From positions 9,015 through 73,014 of the forward strand of contig JBNATU010000005.1 of NCBI GenBank assembly GCA_049701195.1: 64,000 bases of DNA, written 5' to 3'. This stretch comes from Moorellaceae bacterium. GTDB taxonomy: Bacteria; Bacillota; DSM-521; Neomoorellales; Neomoorellaceae. Made by a program: the position numbers and the translations under genes. The notes beneath the pieces are model-generated. The model worked only from the letters and a program-made list of their open reading frames with translations. It had not been told where the DNA came from and did no database searches. Positions 48,838 to 57,288 of this stretch are shown here, in pieces (position 1 is the stretch's first letter; each line of letters starts with the position of its first letter).

Positions 48838-48857
48838 CGGTCTTAGAGCACCCCCGT

Positions 48858-49994
48858 TTAAACCAGTACAATTAAGTTGTCCCGGTGTACTACTTCATCA
48901 TAATCCTTATGGCCCAGAATTGCAAGAATTTCGCCGGTCTTCTTACCCTGTATGCGGCGTATCTCTTCCGCCGCATAGTTGGTCATCCCCCGGGCTATCT
49001 CCCTGCCTGCCGGATCCACCAGGCTGACCAGGCTTCCCTGTTCAAATTCGCCTTCCACCCCGGTTATGCCGCTGGGGAGAAGACTTTTCCCGCTCTGGAG
49101 GATAGCCCGCGCTGCGCCTGCATCCACCCAAATCTTACCTTGGACCGCGGGACCGTAGGCCAGCCACTTCTTGCGACCAGGAGCTTTGTGTTCGCGCGGC
49201 AAAAAAAGAGTGCCTATCTCCTCGCCCTTCAGAATGGCTGCCACTTGGCCCGGCAGCAAGCCGCTGGCAATAATGACGGGTATGCCGAAATTAGTGGCCA
49301 AGCGCGCGGCCTGCAACTTGGTAACCATTCCCCCCGTAGCCCAGGTACCGCGGGTCCCTCCGGCCAATCCTTCCACTTCGGGAGTTATTTCTTCCACTAC
49401 AGGGATGAGCCGGGCCTCCGGGCAGGAGCGGGGATCGGCCGTATACAATCCCTGGCTGTCGGTCAAAAGAATCAAAGCGTCCGCATCTACCAGTCCCGCC
49501 ACCAGGGCGGATAGCGTGTCGTTATCTCCCACCCGGATTTCCTCCACGGCTACCGTATCATTTTCATTGACAATGGGGAGGACCCCCAAGCGCAACAGAG
49601 TGCCCAAGGTATGGCGGGCATTAAGGTAACGCCGGCGTTCCGCCAGGTCGTCCTTGGTCAGCAAGACCTGAGCCACGGTGAGACCGTATTCGGCGAAAAA
49701 CTTTTCATACATATGCATTAGCATACCCTGACCCACCGCTGCCGCCGCCTGCTTTTCGGGCAGGGTACGCGGGCGGCCTTTCAGCCCCAGGCGACCCATA
49801 CCCGCACCTACCGCGCCCGAAGTGACTAAAATCACCTGCCGGCCGGCATTTACCTGATCCGCCAACTCCCTTACCAGCCGCTCCATGCGCTCCAGATTGA
49901 GCTTGCCTGTCTGGTGGGTAAGAGTACTGGTGCCCACCTTCACTACCAGTCTCTTGCTCTCTGCCAAAGCCTGCCGGCAATCGCCTGCCGTCAA
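48858..49994 (-). CDS. proB: Glutamate 5-kinase
   Basis: Amino-acid kinase domain ([10 protein letters not shown]) and a C-terminal PUA domain. Confidence 0.95.
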   Translation of the reverse strand: MTAGDCRQALAESKRLVVKVGTSTLTHQTGKLNLERMERLVRELADQVNAGRQVILVTSGAVGAGMGRLGLKGRPRTLPEKQAAAAVGQGMLMHMYEKFFAEYGLTVAQVLLTKDDLAERRRYLNARHTLGTLLRLGVLPIVNENDTVAVEEIRVGDNDTLSALVAGLVDADALILLTDSQGLYTADPRSCPEARLIPVVEEITPEVEGLAGGTRGTWATGGMVTKLQAARLATNFGIPVIIASGLLPGQVAAILKGEEIGTLFLPREHKAPGRKKWLAYGPAVQGKIWVDAGAARAILQSGKSLLPSGITGVEGEFEQGSLVSLVDPAGREIARGMTNYAAEEIRRIQGKKTGEILAILGHKDYDEVVHRDNLIVLV

Positions 49995-51280
49995 GGGTTA
50001 CTCCCCCCATCCTCATCCTCCAGTTGAAACTCCTGATCCCGGATACGGACGGTATCACCCGGACGGGCGCCGGCGCGGCGCAAAGCCTCTTCCACTCCCA
50101 TGCGCTTTAGAGCCTGCTGCAGGCGACGGACCGCTTCCTCGTTATGGAAATCGGTCATAGCCACCCGGCGCTCCACTTTCCGTCCGGAGACTATAAAAAC
50201 GCCCCGGTCGCGCCTGATGGTGAACATCTCCTCCGGAACGGCCACCTTTTGAGGCCCATCCGCACCCGCGATACTCCTGCTCTCCGGCAAAGTATCCAAG
50301 AGCTCGGCCAAGTACCACAGAAGAGGCTCGATACCTCTACCCTGGACGGCCGAAAGGGGGAAAATGCGATAATCCTTCCCCAGCTCTCGGGTCAGAAATT
50401 GTACGTTCTCCTCCGCTCCCGGCAAGTCTATCTTATTAGCCGCAATAACTTGGGGCCGCTGGAGCAGCTCCGGGCTATAATGTTCCAGCTCCCGGTTCAC
50501 TGTTCTAAAGTTGCGCAAGATCTCTTCTCCCTGGGTAGACCCTACATCCAAAACGTGTACCAGAACCCTGGTCCTTTCAATGTGACGCAGGAACTTTAGC
50601 CCTAAGCCTGCACCCCGGTGGGCTCCTTCTATAAGGCCGGGAATATCGGCCACCACAAAAGAACGCGTTTCGTCCAAGCGTACCACACCCAGGTTGGGCG
50701 TCAGCGTAGTAAAAGGATAGTCGGCAATCTTAGGCCGGGCTGCCGATATGCGGGAAATCAAAGTTGATTTCCCGGCATTGGGAAGGCCGATAAGCCCCAC
50801 GTCGGCCAGCAACTTCAACTCCAGCAATATCCAGCGCTCTTCCCCCGGCTCTCCTTTCTCCGCAAAGGTGGGGGCTTGTTCGCGAGGATTGGCAAAACGC
50901 GCGTTTCCTCTGCCTCCTCGGCCCCCCGCAGCAACCACTACCCTCTGTCCGGGGGTCACCAGGTCGGCCAACAGCTCACCTGTAAGAGCATCGCGGACCA
51001 CCGTACCTACAGGTACCCGCAAAACCAGGTCGGGCGCGCTCCGACCGTGTTTGTTCTTCCCCTGTCCGTGTTCCCCGCGCTCCGCCCGGTAATGGGCCCG
51101 GTAGCGGAAATCCACCAGCGTACGTAAGCCGGGGTCGGCTTCTAAAATTACACTGCCCCCCCGTCCCCCATCGCCGCCGCTGGGCCCGCCCCGCGGCACA
51201 TATTTCTCCCGGCGGAAGGCCACGGCGCCGTTACCCCCGTCGCCTCCGCGCACATATATTTTAGCTTCGTCGTAAAACAC
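49991..51280 (-). CDS. obg: GTPase Obg/CgtA
   Basis: Gly-rich Obg fold (GGDGGNG, GGRGG), G domain (GLPNAGKST) and an Obg_CT domain. Confidence 0.95.
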   Translation of the reverse strand: MFYDEAKIYVRGGDGGNGAVAFRREKYVPRGGPSGGDGGRGGSVILEADPGLRTLVDFRYRAHYRAERGEHGQGKNKHGRSAPDLVLRVPVGTVVRDALTGELLADLVTPGQRVVVAAGGRGGRGNARFANPREQAPTFAEKGEPGEERWILLELKLLADVGLIGLPNAGKSTLISRISAARPKIADYPFTTLTPNLGVVRLDETRSFVVADIPGLIEGAHRGAGLGLKFLRHIERTRVLVHVLDVGSTQGEEILRNFRTVNRELEHYSPELLQRPQVIAANKIDLPGAEENVQFLTRELGKDYRIFPLSAVQGRGIEPLLWYLAELLDTLPESRSIAGADGPQKVAVPEEMFTIRRDRGVFIVSGRKVERRVAMTDFHNEEAVRRLQQALKRMGVEEALRRAGARPGDTVRIRDQEFQLEDEDGGSNP

Positions 51281-51297
51281 GAGCTCTTATCCCCGCC

Positions 51298-51849
51298 TTA
51301 TCTTCGCGGCAAAACTAAAATAAGTTCAAAAACCTGGGGAGACCAGCTTAAAGAAACACCGTACTCCGCCGCGCGGCTTTGCAATTCGTCCCAAATAGGG
51401 CCTGCATCTACCCCTGCTCCTCCGGGAACCCCGAAAAAGCGCCAGCTATAACCTCCTGCAGTTTCCCGGATCTCCAGATTCAGCCTTCCCTCCGCCTCTT
51501 CACTTTCCGCTGCCGACAAAGCCAATTGCCAGGCAGGTTCCAAAAGCCGGGTAGCTTCTTCTCCACTTAAAAGTAGCCCTTCCATCTCGGTAGCCATCTC
51601 CACCTCCACCCGGATCTGGCGTCGGGCTGCCTCTTCCAACTTAAATTGGCTTTGCAAGGCCAGCTCCGGAGGCTTCAGGCGCATAAGCCGTCCGAGTTTC
51701 TCCATACGGGCCGCCACATCCTTAGTATAGACCAACGCCCGTTCCGGCTTTCCCAGCTGCAAGAACCCGCAAATAACCTGTAAGTGATTCAAGAAATCGT
51801 GCTTCTGTCCCCGCAGTAGAGACAAAAAATCGCCCGTCTCCCCACCCAT
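51298..51849 (-). CDS. spo0B: Spo0B-like sporulation phosphotransferase
   Basis: 183 aa. The N-terminal helical hairpin has a candidate phospho-His (QKHDFLNHLQVICGFLQLG). The C-terminal half is a degenerate ATPase-like fold. The position between rpmA and obg matches B. subtilis spo0B. Confidence 0.6.
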   Translation of the reverse strand: MGGETGDFLSLLRGQKHDFLNHLQVICGFLQLGKPERALVYTKDVAARMEKLGRLMRLKPPELALQSQFKLEEAARRQIRVEVEMATEMEGLLLSGEEATRLLEPAWQLALSAAESEEAEGRLNLEIRETAGGYSWRFFGVPGGAGVDAGPIWDELQSRAAEYGVSLSWSPQVFELILVLPRR

Positions 51850-51887
51850 AATTTTTTTACACCTTCTTATACCCCAAAGTATTTATT

Positions 51888-51911
51888 GACCCCTGGATTA
51901 TTCCAGGGGTC
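51888..51911 (-). terminator. Strong hairpin between rpmA and the spo0B-like gene (weak U-tract, possible attenuator)
   Basis: GACCCCTGGA-ttat-TCCAGGGGTC forms a perfect 10-bp stem. On the minus strand it is followed by AATAAATACTTT. Confidence 0.4.
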
Positions 51912-51921
51912 GGAAAAATCT

Positions 51922-52203
51922 TTAAGCATAAGCGTAAACGCTGACCTGTTTTTTATCCTTGCCCTTGCGCTCGAACTTTACATAACCATCGATAAGCGCG
52001 TACAGCGTGTCGTCTTTACCTATACCCACATTGCGGCCCGGGTGTATCTTGGTCCCCCGCTGGCGGACCAAAATATTGCCCGCGGTAACAAACTGCCCGT
52101 CGTACCTTTTGACACCCAAGCGTTTAGATTCGCTGTCACGACCGTTGCGGGAACTGCCTACACCCTTTTTATGGGCAAATAACTGCAAATCCATCTTCAA
52201 CAT
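51922..52203 (-). CDS. rpmA: 50S ribosomal protein L27 (with Prp-cleavable N-terminal extension)
   Basis: [25 protein letters not shown] prefer ATG 52203, 6 nt after GAGGAGGTG. Confidence 0.95.
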   Translation of the reverse strand: MLKMDLQLFAHKKGVGSSRNGRDSESKRLGVKRYDGQFVTAGNILVRQRGTKIHPGRNVGIGKDDTLYALIDGYVKFERKGKDKKQVSVYAYA

Positions 52204-52538
52204 CCTTCCCACCTCCTCGATTTCAACCGTACGAAGCGCCTATAGCTCTCGGCTATGGCCTCAAGGCCCAGTTCCAAAGTGCCCAAAATAGCCTCCGCCT
52301 TCTCCCAGTCCGTTAAGGACATGCTCTCAGGCAGCAGGCATTGTAGCCTTCCTTCTGAGATTTCTACCCGTGGCTTTTCACTCAAGAACTCCTCCAGCCC
52401 CAGGACCGCCGCCTGAGTCAAAGCCGATACTGCGGCGCAGATTATGTCCTGACCCCGCGGACGGTAACCGGCGTGGCCGCGAACCAGGAAACCCACCCTG
52501 CGGTCAGCCGCATCACTCCAAAGGGTTACCTCAATCAT
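52197..52538 (-). CDS. prp: Ribosomal-processing cysteine protease Prp (YsxB)
   Basis: 113 aa with a His/Cys dyad context (GHAGY...[10 protein letters not shown]). It lies between rplU and rpmA. Confidence 0.85.
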   Translation of the reverse strand: MIEVTLWSDAADRRVGFLVRGHAGYRPRGQDIICAAVSALTQAAVLGLEEFLSEKPRVEISEGRLQCLLPESMSLTDWEKAEAILGTLELGLEAIAESYRRFVRLKSRRWEGC

Positions 52539-52577
52539 ATCGCCCTACCGCCGTCATCTTACGCCCCTGAAGCTCGC

Positions 52578-52892
52578 TCAAGATATCTCGATCTTTTCAA
52601 TGCGTACAGCCGTAAAGGGTTGACGGTGCCCCTGCTTGCGCCGGTAGTTCTTCTTGGGCTTATACTTAAAGATAATAATCTTCTCGCCCTTGCCGTGACC
52701 TTCCACCCGTCCCACCACTTTAACATTAGCGAGGTAAGGCCTGCCCACCTGTAAACCGTGGTCGTCCCTCACGGCCAGCACTTTCTCCAGCACCACGGTC
52801 TCCCCTTCCGGGACCGGCAACTTCTCTACCTTAAGGAGATCCCCCTCGCTCACCCGATACTGCTTGCCACCGGTTTCAATAATCGCATACAT
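52578..52892 (-). CDS. rplU: 50S ribosomal protein L21
   Basis: [15 protein letters not shown]-terminus. Confidence 0.95.
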   Translation of the reverse strand: MYAIIETGGKQYRVSEGDLLKVEKLPVPEGETVVLEKVLAVRDDHGLQVGRPYLANVKVVGRVEGHGKGEKIIIFKYKPKKNYRRKQGHRQPFTAVRIEKIEIS

Positions 52893-53002
52893 TTTCCCTT
52901 ACTCCTCCCAAGCTAAGACTCGCCGGCCTCAGGTATCCTGCCCCTGCAGGAGTTTGAAACCTTCCCCGGGCGGTTTAAAACTTGAGCTACGCTCGCTTTT
53001 GC
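52893..53002 (-). promoter_or_regulatory. Structured 5' leader of rplU (candidate L21 leader)
   Basis: A ~110-nt leader follows the promoter. Helices read by eye: AGCTCAAG/CTTAGCT closing AAACC..GGTTT and TCCTGC-agggg-GCAGGA. The closing helix abuts the GGGAGGAG RBS. Confidence 0.45.
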
Positions 53003-53032
53003 AGTGTAGCACATCTCCCAAATGCCTGTCAA
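53003..53032 (-). promoter_or_regulatory. Sigma-A-type promoter of the rplU-prp-rpmA operon
   Basis: The minus strand reads TTGACA-18 nt-TACACT. Confidence 0.55.
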
Positions 53033-53044
53033 GACAGTCGGACC

Positions 53045-53315
53045 CTGGCGTATCCCCAGTTTTCGCTCGCAAGGCCTGCTTGGACTTGAGAGGCGAACGA
53101 CTAAACCCGAGCGGTAGCCAAACTCAAGCGTGGCGAAAGGCGAAGGCAGGCCCGAGGCTTTTGAGAGGCCCGAGGCCGGCAACCGAGACAGGATGTCGAG
53201 TTTGCCGGGAAGCCTGCCGGAGCCTTGAGCCAAGCAAAAGTCCTGCCCGCGAGGGTTTTTGGAGCGAGCTTTAAGCCCAAGCAGGCCTATAAGAACAAAA
53301 CCGGGGATGCGCCAG
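53045..53315 (+). mobile_element. MITE-like element, family A, copy 4 (271 bp)
   Basis: The ends are CTGGCGTATCCCCAGTTTT... and ...AAAACCGGGGATGCGCCAG, within ~45-bp TIRs. The 9-bp flanks are AGTCGGACC and ATTCGGACC (8/9). Confidence 0.8.
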
Positions 53316-53482
53316 ATTCGGACCCCGGCCCGCTCCCCCTCTGTTTTTTCGCCGGATTCCTTTCGCTGGTCCTCCGTTCCATCTACCCTTTCACACCACT
53401 TTCACGCCGCTTTCACTCCACCGCACTATCCGGGTGAGAAAAATTGTGGCGAAAATCATCTTCGGAAATACTTTTTAGAAAG

Positions 53483-53556
53483 CTAACCGGTCATGCCTGG
53501 GGGCACAACTACTTATGAAAATAGCGCCGATAATAGCGCCGAGGGCTATTTTCGTG
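53483..53556 (-). repeat. Copy B of the ~65-nt hairpin-containing repeat (inverted relative to copy A)
   Basis: The reverse complement reads CACGAAAATAGC..GCTATTTTCATAAGTAGTTGTGCCCCCAGGCATGACCGGTTAG and aligns with 17472-17534. Confidence 0.6.
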
Positions 53557-54210
53557 TTAATCCAAAGGAGTAAGCAAAGCGCTATCGCAGCGGGTATATA
53601 GCTCCGTGCGCCGGATAGAAATAATACTTATCCCCGGTGCCAGGGCCCTCACCACCTCCTCCGGCCGCACGGTGAGCTGAGAGCTACAGGCCAGAAGCAT
53701 GGTAAGGAGGCGGTCGCCTTCCAGCTCTAACCGGTACAAGCCCGGCCGGAGGTCCACCTCGCGCTCTCCTCGCTTGGTCTGACGTCGCACCCACACCTCG
53801 TTCTTCCCCAGCAGATTGCGGATAGCCCGTTCCAATTCCTCCCGGGCCATTCCTTCTACCTCTACGCAGTAAGCGGCGCACCGGATAGCTTCCGTCAAGG
53901 CCGGAGCTCCTTGCGGCAGCGGTTTAACCGCCAGTATTTCCAAGCCCGGCGGCATCTCCCGAGCCAGAGAGTGCAGCACCTCTGCGGGAGGACGGGGCTC
54001 TCTTAATTCCAGATCCAGGTATTCCGCCTCGCTTTCCCTGCCTACGGCCAGAGCGGGACCAAAAGAAAAACGCGGATGGGGGTTAAAGCCCTGGCTGAGT
54101 GCTAGGGGCAACCCGGCCCGCCGGGCGGCCCGGTGAAAGCTGCGCATCACTTCCAGCTGGCTTAAGAATCGGCCGGTCCCCCGCTTGGCAAATTTAATCC
54201 GCAGCCGCAA
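53557..54210 (-). CDS. Radical-SAM-associated protein (DUF2344/TIGR03936-like)
   Basis: 217 aa. It overlaps the upstream radical SAM gene by 17 nt, and the pairing is typical of this two-gene module. Confidence 0.8.
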   Translation of the reverse strand: MRLRIKFAKRGTGRFLSQLEVMRSFHRAARRAGLPLALSQGFNPHPRFSFGPALAVGRESEAEYLDLELREPRPPAEVLHSLAREMPPGLEILAVKPLPQGAPALTEAIRCAAYCVEVEGMAREELERAIRNLLGKNEVWVRRQTKRGEREVDLRPGLYRLELEGDRLLTMLLACSSQLTVRPEEVVRALAPGISIISIRRTELYTRCDSALLTPLD

Positions 54211-56074
54211 AGGGCCCTCCCTCCCCCTTAAGCTTTAAGCCCACTTTTAATCCCGTACATACTCCGCAACCTGCACAGCGGCCGGAACGGCAGTCGAGGG
54301 TTCTCTTACCCTCCAGGGCTCGCCGGTGCTCTTCTATAAGAAATCGCTTGCTCACCCCGAAATCCAGGTGGTCCCAGGGAAGCTTTTCCCCGTATTCCCG
54401 GCGCCGATAAGCATAGAAAGCCGGGTCTATCCCGCAGCTCTCCAAGGACCGTTGCCAGACCTCATAGCTAAAGTGCTCGGACCAGCCTTCCAATTTCGCC
54501 CCTCCCTGCCAAGCTTGCACCAACACCCGGGCCAACCGGCGATCTCCCCGGGCCAAAACTGCTTCTACGAAGCTCATCTCCGGCTGGTGCCAGCTAAACT
54601 GCAAACCCGGGCCTTTAAGGCGCGACCGCAGGAAACTCTGTTTCTCTCGCAGCTCCCCCAGCTCGGCCTGCGGTTCCCACTGAAAGGGAGTATGGGGCTT
54701 GGGTACAAAAGAAGAAACGCTCACCGTAACCGTGGGTTTCGCGCCGCGCAGCAAGCGCCGTCCTTGGTCCAACACCTGCCGGGCCAGCTCTACTATGCCT
54801 TCCAGATCTTGCTCTGTTTCCGTAGGTAAACCGATCATGAAGTACAGTTTTATATGGCGCCAGCCGGCCGTAAAGGCTTCCGCCGTGGCCTCCAGCAGGT
54901 CCTCGGCCGTCACCCCCTTGTTTATAACCCCCCGGAGGCGCTGGCTGCCGGCTTCCGGCGCCAAGGTAAGCGTGCTTTTTTTACGAAACCGTTGTAAGGC
55001 TTGAGCTAATTTAACGCTAAAAGCATCCACCCGCAAAGAAGGCAGAGAAACGTTAAGCCCCAGCTCGGCATAGGCTTCGGCCAGCGCTCGAGCTAAAGTT
55101 TCTATCCCGGAATAATCGGCCGTGCTCAAAGAAGTAAGGGAAACCTCTTCATACCCGGTATGCCGCACCAGTTCGGCCGCCTGGCGCAATAAAAGGTTTA
55201 CCTCTCTTTCTCTTACCGGCCGATAAATGGCTCCTGCCTGGCAAAAACGGCAACCCCTGGTGCAACCCCGCATGACTTCCAGCATTATGCGGTCGTGGAC
55301 TATCTCCAAAAACGGCACGATAGGCCTGGTGGGAAAATAGGCCGTATCCAAGTCCTGCACTACGGCTTTCTTCACTACCTCCGGGGCTTCCGGCCTCACG
55401 GGCTTTATCCGGTCTATGGTGCCGTCGGCGCCGTAACTAACCTCGTAAAAGGAAGGGACGTAGACGCCGGGCAGGTGCGCCGCGCGGCGCAAAAACTCCT
55501 CCCGATTAAGGGGGGCATCGGGAGCGCCTTTTAAATCGCGTATAAGGTTTAAGATTTGCGGCAAGGCCTCTTCCCCGTCCCCCAACACCAGACAATCGAA
55601 AAAGGGGGCCAGAGGCTCGGGATTGGAGGCGCCCGGGCCGCCGCCGATAACCACCGGATGTTCGGGACCGCGTTCCGCCGCCCACAAAGGCACGCCCGCC
55701 AGGTCCAGCATATTAAGAATGGTAGTGTAGCTCAACTCGTACTGGAGGGTAAAACCTATAACGTCGAAATCGACCAGCGGCCGGTAGGACTCCAGAGAAA
55801 ACAGAGGAAGCCCTTCCTCGCGTAAAATCGCCTCCAGATCCGGACCGGGAGCGAAGACGCGCTCCATGAGCATGTCCTCCCGTTCGTTGACCAGACCATA
55901 AAGGATGGCCAAGCCCAAATGCGACATGCCCACCTCGTAAAGGTCCGGAAAGGCGAAGACCATGCGTACCGGAGTTTTATCCCAGTCCTTATGTACGCTG
56001 TTCCATTCCGTCCCCAGGTAGCGGGTCGGTTTCTCTACCCGGGGAAGTATCTTTTCCAGTATAAATTCGCGCAT
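54194..56074 (-). CDS. B12-binding-domain radical SAM protein (TIGR03960-like)
   Basis: 626 aa with CTRGCRFCQAG and an N-terminal B12-like domain. Confidence 0.85.
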   Translation of the reverse strand: MREFILEKILPRVEKPTRYLGTEWNSVHKDWDKTPVRMVFAFPDLYEVGMSHLGLAILYGLVNEREDMLMERVFAPGPDLEAILREEGLPLFSLESYRPLVDFDVIGFTLQYELSYTTILNMLDLAGVPLWAAERGPEHPVVIGGGPGASNPEPLAPFFDCLVLGDGEEALPQILNLIRDLKGAPDAPLNREEFLRRAAHLPGVYVPSFYEVSYGADGTIDRIKPVRPEAPEVVKKAVVQDLDTAYFPTRPIVPFLEIVHDRIMLEVMRGCTRGCRFCQAGAIYRPVREREVNLLLRQAAELVRHTGYEEVSLTSLSTADYSGIETLARALAEAYAELGLNVSLPSLRVDAFSVKLAQALQRFRKKSTLTLAPEAGSQRLRGVINKGVTAEDLLEATAEAFTAGWRHIKLYFMIGLPTETEQDLEGIVELARQVLDQGRRLLRGAKPTVTVSVSSFVPKPHTPFQWEPQAELGELREKQSFLRSRLKGPGLQFSWHQPEMSFVEAVLARGDRRLARVLVQAWQGGAKLEGWSEHFSYEVWQRSLESCGIDPAFYAYRRREYGEKLPWDHLDFGVSKRFLIEEHRRALEGKRTLDCRSGRCAGCGVCTGLKVGLKLKGEGGPFAAAD

Positions 56075-56172
56075 AGAGTCCTTCCTTTTTTTGCTTTGGT
56101 TTTTGGGGTTTTGTTTTTTACTTCAGTGTTTTGCTGGGTTTCTTTGCCGGGTTCTTTACTTGCCTTATTGTT

Positions 56173-56352
56173 CCAGGTTATCCCCGGCTCTTCTCCCGAA
56201 ATTTACGAGTTTGAAGCTACTTTCCCGTATCGTCCTAAGATTTCTGTCGTCCTAGATTGCCGTTCCCGGCTTTAAAGCCCGGAACGGCCGCGAAGGCCGG
56301 CTCGCTTTCAGGTCCCGACAAACCTGCCGGGCAAAAAGCGGGGATAACGCGG
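56173..56352. mobile_element. Possible short, degenerate family-A-related element (180 bp)
   Basis: Facing ends CCAGGTTATCCCCGG and GCGGGGATAACGCGG. The interior has a 12-bp hairpin at 56259-56288. The flanks match only 5/9. Confidence 0.3.
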
Positions 56353-56392
56353 CTATATCTTTAGTATAGCAAAAACCGCCGCCTGTAAACAC

Positions 56393-57265
56393 TTAAACCT
56401 TAAGGAGCCGGTCTATCGTTTCCGCAGAACGGCCGCTCCCCAGAGCTCTAAGGATCTCCCCTTCACTGACCATACCCTTGATCTGCCCTCCGGGTCCTAA
56501 GACTACCACTATATTATACCTGCCGGATTTAAACCCCTTCACAATGCGGGTCAGCGGTTGTTCTCCGGTAGCGGCCAGCCAGCAAACCTCGGCCAACAAC
56601 CCCTTCTCTTCTCTGCGGTGACGCCAGAACTCTCGCCAAAACAAGTAGGGATAAACCTCCTTTTCCCTGGTAGCCTCCTGAAAGATAAAGAGAGCCACTA
56701 TAAGGCTTTGCAGGTCGGTAACTCGCAGCCAAAAGCCCAGGCTACCTCCAACAGCCAGACATACGGCTACGGTCTGTCCCAAAACCGCGCCTTCCCAGGT
56801 GGCCCGCGCCGGACCGGCCCGCCCCGCGCGCCAAGCGCGGAAAACGCGCCCCCCGTCCAAAGGCAGGCCGGGGAGCAGGTTAAAACATCCCAGGACTAAA
56901 TTGACCTGCAAGAGAAACCGCACCCACGCCGTCTCCCACTTTAAGACCGCCGCAGCCCCATGCAGGAAAACGGCTAAAACCAAACTGCCCAAAGGTCCGG
57001 CTAAAGCTATTCTTATCTCCCGGTCAGGGTAAAAGCTTAAAGGTGAGGAAAAGCGGGCCACTCCGCCGAAAGGAAACAGCTCTATGCTCTGAGGCGGAAA
57101 ACCGACTTTCCGGGCGGCGACCAGGTGACAAAATTCATGCCAGGCTACGGCCGTAAACAGCAGCAGCGCTTGGGGCAACACACCCAGCAGAAAATAGACA
57201 CCTAGAAGTAACAGGAAATAATCGTTAACCTTAACGTCCGACCCGGCCACTTTTCCTAAGCGCAT
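56393..57265 (-). CDS. spoIVFB: Site-2 (M50) intramembrane metalloprotease with CBS domain, SpoIVFB-like
   Basis: HEFCH (HExxH), NLLPGLPLDGG and a C-terminal CBS domain. It lies downstream of an M23-domain gene, as in spoIVFA-spoIVFB. Confidence 0.75.
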   Translation of the reverse strand: MRLGKVAGSDVKVNDYFLLLLGVYFLLGVLPQALLLFTAVAWHEFCHLVAARKVGFPPQSIELFPFGGVARFSSPLSFYPDREIRIALAGPLGSLVLAVFLHGAAAVLKWETAWVRFLLQVNLVLGCFNLLPGLPLDGGRVFRAWRAGRAGPARATWEGAVLGQTVAVCLAVGGSLGFWLRVTDLQSLIVALFIFQEATREKEVYPYLFWREFWRHRREEKGLLAEVCWLAATGEQPLTRIVKGFKSGRYNIVVVLGPGGQIKGMVSEGEILRALGSGRSAETIDRLLKV

Positions 57266-57288
57266 AGCTTTTCAGAGCTTAATCCTTT

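Noticed and set aside
56259-56288. The GCCGTTCC..GGAACGGC hairpin as the intrinsic terminator of spoIVFB.
   Set aside because: No U-tract follows it on either strand. It lies inside the putative 180-bp family-A-related element and may simply be part of that element's internal palindrome.
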